Assembly (NCBI GenBank): GCA_963669175.1
Contig: OY769902.1
Location: forward strand, 4,224,001-4,288,000
Direction: 5' to 3'
Length of the DNA stretch: 64,000 nt
Source: a bacterium
GTDB lineage: Bacteria > Electryoneota > Electryoneia > Electryoneales > Electryoneaceae
The position numbers were made by a program, and so were the translations under genes. The notes under the pieces are model-generated. The model made no database searches and was not told the DNA's origin. It was given only the letters and a program-made list of their open reading frames with translations. Positions 58,273 to 64,000 of this stretch are shown here, piece after piece (within the stretch, counting starts at the first letter, position 1; every line of letters begins with the position of its first letter).

Positions 58273-59865
58273 ATGACCGCAACCTCATCGAACGAACCTG
58301 CCGGTTTACCCGAAAAGGTTCTGGGACTCTTTCGGCGGCTTCGTGCAGGCGCCCCGGAACCCCAGGAACAGGAACTCCCTTCTGTATCATGGGTTCGCTG
58401 GTTTGATACGCCTCAAACGAAACGTGGCCGATTACACCTTTCCCGTTCCGGACTCGAGACCTTCATTTCCATGGTCGTCGGCGCTCATGACGATGACGAG
58501 GGCGACTTGGTCCTGGTGGTTGATCCGCTTCTCCCAGCCCCGGAGCGCAGTATGCCCGATGAAGTGGTATCCCTGGACGCCAAACTGTTGCACATGGATG
58601 AAGGCATTGAGATCAGTACGACGTTTCGTGCGCTTCTGGGTAAGGAGACCGAACAGGACGGGTACGAGGCGGTTGAGCTGGTTGAAATCAGCGATCTGGA
58701 TGTCGATTACCGTGAATACATGGCGCGAGTTACCGAAGCGCATGGTGTCGAGCTGAACCTGATGTGGCAGGGCGGCATGGTCACCGTCTACCCTTCCCAG
58801 CTTTCGGCGGGACGATTCCTGTTTGATGCTGAGTTGGATGGCGATATCGGCCCGGATGGGATTGAAATCCCCAAGGCTTCTGTCTGTTTGGAGTCCGGTG
58901 GCGATGATTACGCGCTTTCACTTCGGTTATACCGTCGTCCCTCCCCAGAATACGAAGCGGAAATTACCCGTATTGACGCCCCTATCAAGGAGAAACTGGT
59001 ACGCTTGGTCGAGGAGGTCTGGCGCGCAGAATCCGGTCTGGGACGTCTGGCATCATCACCGCGTAAACAGGTTGGTTATCGTACCAAACAGCATGATGCC
59101 CTGGCAGATGCGTTCAAGCATCATATAGTCTACCTCGGTGAAGATCCGGGCTGGGGAGACTTCCTGAAGAACTATGGCATCGTGCGTGAAATAGCGACAC
59201 TCTCGCCAAGTGACCTGGTGGACATCGTGCTTGGGGGAAGATGCGATCTGTTTGTCGGTGATCTTGCTTTTTGTGGAGATGAATCCATCCCGATAGAACA
59301 CACCTTGCAGGCGTATGCTCGAACCAGGCGCATTCCCCGGTTCTGGATTCAACCAGCTGACAACGATACCGAGTACCCGGACATGCGTCTGGAAGGCGCT
59401 TTCGACCAGTTTGATTCCGAGCAATTGAAGCAGGCTGGATTAACAACCCTGTTCAAGTGGGCGCTGGGAGGAGACAGTATTGGTTCCGGGAATAAAGTCC
59501 TGTTGGTCAGCGGAGATGATCGTATCCGGTATCGTTTGGGATTGGCTATCAGCGAAGCCGGCGGTAGAATCGTCTGGCGTGATGGGTGGCGAGGTCTGCT
59601 CCCCCAGTTGAAACACCTTGCGCCCAGGGTCATTCTTCTCGACGAACGTACAGTAAAATATGATCTTGACTCCATTCTGGAGCCCATTCTGGAAGTAGCG
59701 CCTTTGTTGAACTATAAAATTGTGTTACTGATTGAGAAGGCTTCTGGCGCATCTATCTTGCGATGGAAGAAGATGGGAGTCTATGATATTGTATTGCTGG
59801 ACCCATCCCTGCGCGATACGGAAAAACGCGTAACTCTATGGCTGGACTTGGAGGAAAAACCATGA
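58273..59865 (+). CDS. Hypothetical protein, possibly degenerate PilZ-like N-half plus receiver-like domains
   Basis: Long ORF whose stop overlaps the thyX start (ATGA). Domain calls rest on weak pattern resemblance. Confidence 0.65.
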   Translation: MTATSSNEPAGLPEKVLGLFRRLRAGAPEPQEQELPSVSWVRWFDTPQTKRGRLHLSRSGLETFISMVVGAHDDDEGDLVLVVDPLLPAPERSMPDEVVSLDAKLLHMDEGIEISTTFRALLGKETEQDGYEAVELVEISDLDVDYREYMARVTEAHGVELNLMWQGGMVTVYPSQLSAGRFLFDAELDGDIGPDGIEIPKASVCLESGGDDYALSLRLYRRPSPEYEAEITRIDAPIKEKLVRLVEEVWRAESGLGRLASSPRKQVGYRTKQHDALADAFKHHIVYLGEDPGWGDFLKNYGIVREIATLSPSDLVDIVLGGRCDLFVGDLAFCGDESIPIEHTLQAYARTRRIPRFWIQPADNDTEYPDMRLEGAFDQFDSEQLKQAGLTTLFKWALGGDSIGSGNKVLLVSGDDRIRYRLGLAISEAGGRIVWRDGWRGLLPQLKHLAPRVILLDERTVKYDLDSILEPILEVAPLLNYKIVLLIEKASGASILRWKKMGVYDIVLLDPSLRDTEKRVTLWLDLEEKP

Positions 59866-61409
59866 GCGACCTGCCTCTGCGCATCCACCTGGCAGGATTC
59901 AATATCGATACAGATACCATTCGTGAGTTGGAAGATGCAGCGTTTGGCGAGGCTACCCCTCCCCCACGCGAAGCCATTACTCCCGAAACAATCTCGGCCG
60001 CCTACGCACGCATCAGTCGCAATCCCGCGCCTGTAGATGAATTGCGCGCTATTTCGCGCAAAGAGGTTGCGAAGGCACGAAAATCAAACGAGAGTATCAT
60101 CTTCGGCCTGGGACATGCCAGTGTCGCGGAACATGCCTGTTTCAACTTCGATGTGATCGGGCTGTCACGTTTGGCCGTGGAAGCCATTCAACATCACAGG
60201 CTGGCGTCGTTTACGGAAAAATCACAGCGCTATATCAAACTCAAGAAAGATTACGTCGTTCCCCCGGAAATTGCTGAAATCGGAATGCAGCATGAGTTTG
60301 AAGAACTGATCGTTGAGCAGAATGCCATGTACCATCGCTTGTATCCGTTGTTGCTTGATTATTTCCTGCAACAGGAATCTGCCAGCGGCGGAAAACTGGA
60401 AGCCGGACCGGCGAAGAGCCTCGCGGCGGAAGATGCCCGCTATGTGGTATCACTTGCCACTCAATCCCAGTTCGGTATGACTGTAAATGCACGAACGCTC
60501 GAGATCATGGTACGCGCCTGCCTGGCTCATCCCCTGGTGGAAGTACGTGAAATCGGGGAACGATTACGGATTTCTGTGGCGGAGTTGGCGCCTTCGCTGG
60601 TGAAATACACCGATGCGACCAGCCATGAGAAGACCGTACACAAGGATAAGGCGTGGTGGTGTGAATTAGATCCCGGTCATGGTGAAGCCGTACAACTCGT
60701 GGACTGGGATCAGAACGGTGAGGTGAAAGTCCTGGCTGCGTTGCTGGTTCGTTCACAGGGCGTCGGTTTTGATGATGCTGTCCGTCAGGTCAAAGAAAGC
60801 ATGGAAAACGAGCAGCGCCTGGAACTGGTGACTCGTGCCCTTCGTGGCGAACAGGCATGGGACCCGCTTCCCCGCGAGTTCGAACTGGCCTCGTTTACCT
60901 TTGAAGTGACGCTTTCTTCCACCGCTTTTGCCCAGTTTAAACGTCACCGTATGGCCACAATTCTGGCTGGTCCATACAACCCCACTCTTGGCTGGACCAT
61001 CCCTCATTCTATCAAGGCTATCGGGATGGAAGATGAGTTTCATGATATCATGGCACGTTCGTCTGCCCTGGCCTGTCGTGTGTCGGAACAGCAACCTGCG
61101 GCGGCGGCATCGTATGCTTTAACCAATGCCCATCGTCGTCGTGTGCTTTTCCAGGCCAACGCTCGTGAACTGGTCCATGTCTCACGCCTGCGTGAAGATG
61201 TTCATGCCCAGTGGGATATCCGTCAGATCGCGGCTGCCATCATCAGGCAGGCCCGGCAGGTCGCGCCTACCCTGATGCTGCTGGCTGCGGGCAAACATGA
61301 GTTTGATACGGTCAGAAGCCGAGTCTTTCCGTTTAATCCTGATCCTCTGTTCAATTTACAGGATGCAAAGGATAAAAAGGATATTAAGGATGAAGTGAAA
61401 AAAGTTTGA
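59862..61409 (+). CDS. thyX: FAD-dependent thymidylate synthase with tandem Thy1 domains
   Basis: GHASVAEHA, HHRLASFTEKSQRY, EDARY, NART; second domain RHRM, NAREL.H...R....AQWDIR. Confidence 0.88.
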   Translation: MSDLPLRIHLAGFNIDTDTIRELEDAAFGEATPPPREAITPETISAAYARISRNPAPVDELRAISRKEVAKARKSNESIIFGLGHASVAEHACFNFDVIGLSRLAVEAIQHHRLASFTEKSQRYIKLKKDYVVPPEIAEIGMQHEFEELIVEQNAMYHRLYPLLLDYFLQQESASGGKLEAGPAKSLAAEDARYVVSLATQSQFGMTVNARTLEIMVRACLAHPLVEVREIGERLRISVAELAPSLVKYTDATSHEKTVHKDKAWWCELDPGHGEAVQLVDWDQNGEVKVLAALLVRSQGVGFDDAVRQVKESMENEQRLELVTRALRGEQAWDPLPREFELASFTFEVTLSSTAFAQFKRHRMATILAGPYNPTLGWTIPHSIKAIGMEDEFHDIMARSSALACRVSEQQPAAAASYALTNAHRRRVLFQANARELVHVSRLREDVHAQWDIRQIAAAIIRQARQVAPTLMLLAAGKHEFDTVRSRVFPFNPDPLFNLQDAKDKKDIKDEVKKV

Positions 61410-61462
61410 AAGTTGTAAAGTTGTAAAGTTATTTCGATTCCTAATCTCAATTCCTAATTCTT
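61408..61462. repeat. Short reverse-complement copies of the ACAACTTT and AATTAGG microsatellites
   Basis: aaagttgtaaagttgtaaagtt followed by ttcctaatctcaattcctaattc. Confidence 0.7.
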
Positions 61463-61484
61463 ATAGCTGTTCTGCTATGTAAAC

Positions 61485-61694
61485 AGTCAAGGGTGTAAAG
61501 AGCCTTTGTATCGTCCCATGTGCCGTTCTGCTATTCGTGCTCGTGGCACAAGTTTTTTGTTCGCACGGAACAGCGGCGCCCTAAACTCGAATCGTTGTCA
61601 AGCAACAGAATAACTACCAGGGTCGCGTGTTCCCAATGGCATCGGACGATTCAATCACAATCTATGCTTTACCTACCTGCCAGCAGTGCTGGGG
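61485..61694 (-). ncRNA. Putative bridge/seek RNA of IS1111-type copy 2
   Basis: Same sequence as the copy 1 non-coding region. Confidence 0.7.
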
Positions 61695-62756
61695 TTATAC
61701 GCAGGCAGGATTGTAGTCTTGTTCTTTGACCAGCATGGCCCACAGTATCACGGCTAGTTTTCGTGCCATGGCGACGATCGCCACTTTCCGTGTTTTCCCG
61801 GCATGGATCGCATCGTATTTCTTCTTTGCATACGGATCTTTTTGCACCCAACGCCACGCAGCTTCGACCAATAGTTTTCGTAGATGGGACGGTCCCCAGT
61901 GGGTAATGTGTCCCATATGGCGTGTGTTGGCGCTTGACCATTCACACGGCGTCAAGCCAAGATGTGCGCCGACTTGCTTACCGGATGCGAAGCGTTCGGG
62001 ACGATACATCTCGGTCACGAAGGCGTTCACGGTCAGCTCGCCCACGCCTTTCACCTGGCACAGGCGCTGGGTACGGTCCCGATACGTTGCGGACGCATTC
62101 ATCGCCTTGATCGCTTTGGTGATCACCTTGAGTTGCTGTTCAATGGCCTCCAGCTCATCGAGAGCAACATCAATGGCTATCCGTGTCGCAGCCAGACAAT
62201 CACACGTTCCCAACCAGCGCCGGTATTCCTTTGTCCAATAGCGTTGCGGCGGAAACGGTGACTGTAAACCGTGAAACAATAGCAGACTCTTGATTCGGTT
62301 TTTGACCCGAACGCGATCATTCATCACCTGGTCACGGGTGCGAGACAACTGACGATCCGCCTCTTCCTGTTCTGTGGGGACATGTACCCAGGTACGAGGT
62401 GGTGTCCAGAACATGTGGGCCAAGGTAAGGGCATCCAGATGATCGGTCTTCTGCTGCTTCGCTTGCGCCCCTTTGGGAACTTGGCTGGGCGGCGCGATCT
62501 GGCAGTCAACACCTTGGCCGATCAGGTAACGACAGAGGCCAAAGCCGGTGAGGCCCGCTTCATAACACGCCCACATGCGGCAGTTGGGAAAACGGGCAAA
62601 GAAGCGTTCCCAGGCGGCTGAGTCATGCTTGATCCGATTCTCAAAGAGCACTTCACCAGTCTGGGTGTCGAGCACAACGGCGAAAGAAGTCTGCGAATCA
62701 ACATCCAGACCTATAGACAATGAACGGTCCGCTGCAATAACTTGGTTCTTCGACAT
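61695..62756 (-). CDS. IS110-family DEDD recombinase/transposase
   Basis: Identical to 7782-8843 except one R-to-G change. Confidence 0.96.
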   Translation of the reverse strand: MSKNQVIAADRSLSIGLDVDSQTSFAVVLDTQTGEVLFENRIKHDSAAWERFFARFPNCRMWACYEAGLTGFGLCRYLIGQGVDCQIAPPSQVPKGAQAKQQKTDHLDALTLAHMFWTPPRTWVHVPTEQEEADRQLSRTRDQVMNDRVRVKNRIKSLLLFHGLQSPFPPQRYWTKEYRRWLGTCDCLAATRIAIDVALDELEAIEQQLKVITKAIKAMNASATYRDRTQRLCQVKGVGELTVNAFVTEMYRPERFASGKQVGAHLGLTPCEWSSANTRHMGHITHWGPSHLRKLLVEAAWRWVQKDPYAKKKYDAIHAGKTRKVAIVAMARKLAVILWAMLVKEQDYNPACV

Positions 62757-62875
62757 GGCGCTTCTCCTTGTGTTGGAAAAATGGAATACTGCTAAGATAG
62801 CAGTTCCAACACGACTTGATGCGCCTGTCGTTTAACATAGGAACTCGATTTCATTCCGTCATAATAGAGATTGCC

Positions 62876-63070
62876 GGGAAAAGGGGACGGGATCCTTTTC
62901 CTCGCGCTTATACAGAATATTTCTGAAGTATTTCTGGAAAAGGAAACTGTCCCCTTTTCCGTGTAATTCCTGCCTGCTCTCAAGAAAAAGGGTACAGCCA
63001 CCTTTCCCGGTCCATGCTCACAGCGGGAAGGCTTTACTTCAGGGAAAGGAAACTGTCCCCTTTTTCCATA
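62876..63070. repeat. Four-unit GGGAC/GTCCC REP array, copy B
   Basis: Homologous to 24586-24778 (shared ctcaagaaaaagggtacagccacctttccc). Confidence 0.8.
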
Positions 63071-63248
63071 GGCTTTTTCCTAGTCACCTATGAATCGTTC
63101 GTCGGATACTATCATGACGGTTTATTTTCAAGAGTAGCTATAATTCCTCGGTTTTGTTGAATTACTCAGGTCTTGCAAAAAGTAAAAGGCATGGTTCATT
63201 TTACAACCAAGAAGACGCCAAATCTCTTCAGTTGTAAAGGAGATAACC

Positions 63249-64000
63249 ATGCCTGTCATAACATCGTCATTTTTTGAGTTACTTGCAAGTTTTCGTCCGG
63301 TGTTTCGGAAGCCTGTTTATGAGAATTTTGTACTGTTGGCTATCGGCGCTGTATTGAATTTCGGTCGTCAGACAGTCTGTCAGTTATTACGTGTATTTCC
63401 CGGACCGGTAGCGAAGAGTTGGTCTTGTTATCACCATTTTCTTTCGTCTGCCAACTGGTCCGCCCTGAAACTGGCAAAGATTCTCTGCTCTTTGATACTT
63501 GATCAGATTGCCGAACGTGATCCGATCCTTCTGATCGTGGATGATACCCTGATCCGTCGTTGGGGAAAGCATGTTTACCAGATATCCGTTCACCGCGATC
63601 CCGTCCGTTCGGGCAAAGCAGGGACAAAAGTCGTTTATGCTCGCGGTCTTCAATGGATGGTGATTTCGATTGGTTTGCGCACCCGTTATCGTTCGCAGAT
63701 CTGGGCGCTTCCTGTATTCGTGTTTCCGGAGATCGCCAAAAAGCGTGTTCCGGAATCGAAGTACCGCAGTCCTGTACACCTGATCATTCTCGGGGCGCGT
63801 CTGCTGCTTCGATGGTTCCCGGACCGCCGTTTCCTTATCCTTGCCGACGGTACGTTGAACTCCCACGAACTTCACCGTTTCGTGGCGAAAGAGAACCGTC
63901 TTGCTATCATCGGGCATTCGCGTATGGATACGGTGCTGCATGATCCGCCGCCTCCACCGAACGGGAAACGTGGACGTCCGCGCAAAGTCGGTGACCGTTT
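63249..64000 (+). CDS. IS701-family DDE transposase, runs off the window end
   Basis: Manual translation: MPVITSSF...YHHFLSSANWS...LIVDDTLIRRWG...ILADG...KRGRPRKVG; RBS aaggag. Confidence 0.85.
   Translation, partial: MPVITSSFFELLASFRPVFRKPVYENFVLLAIGAVLNFGRQTVCQLLRVFPGPVAKSWSCYHHFLSSANWSALKLAKILCSLILDQIAERDPILLIVDDTLIRRWGKHVYQISVHRDPVRSGKAGTKVVYARGLQWMVISIGLRTRYRSQIWALPVFVFPEIAKKRVPESKYRSPVHLIILGARLLLRWFPDRRFLILADGTLNSHELHRFVAKENRLAIIGHSRMDTVLHDPPPPPNGKRGRPRKVGDR

Larger units (their letters stand above)
61475..62840 (-). mobile_element. IS110-family (IS1111-type) insertion sequence, copy 2
   Basis: Same length and ends as 7562-8927; only two differences noticed (62210, 62613). Confidence 0.93.

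Noticed and set aside
7562-62840. Composite transposon between the two IS110 copies
   Set aside because: Each copy has its own complete target-like flanks, and the interior contains core genes (rplU, rpmA, ruvC, mdh).

Overview
Bacterial chromosomal window, probably from a flagellated basal FCB-type lineage (inference from T9SS/FlgD-type C-terminal domains, a Bat locus and a flagellin). It carries housekeeping genes (ftsK, lolA, pgsA, trmH-like, tRNA-Gly(CCC), lplA, ppc, nnr, ruvC, mdh, rplU/rpmA, folE, thyX), secreted S8 proteases and three tandem beta-helix proteins. The intergenic DNA is unusually rich in mobile and repeat elements. Main observations: (1) two near-identical IS110/IS1111-type elements whose 3' non-coding region holds two short segments matching the left and right insertion flanks in bridge-RNA geometry; (2) a natural MITE with Tn5 mosaic-end-like termini nested in a REP-like element; (3) two MITE copies with 8-bp TSDs bracketing the beta-helix cluster; (4) a REP element whose core is inverted relative to its flanks between two copies; (5) an archaeal-type gatD; (6) a DnaA-box cluster between batD and batE. 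All calls were made by eye from motifs; no database searches were run.
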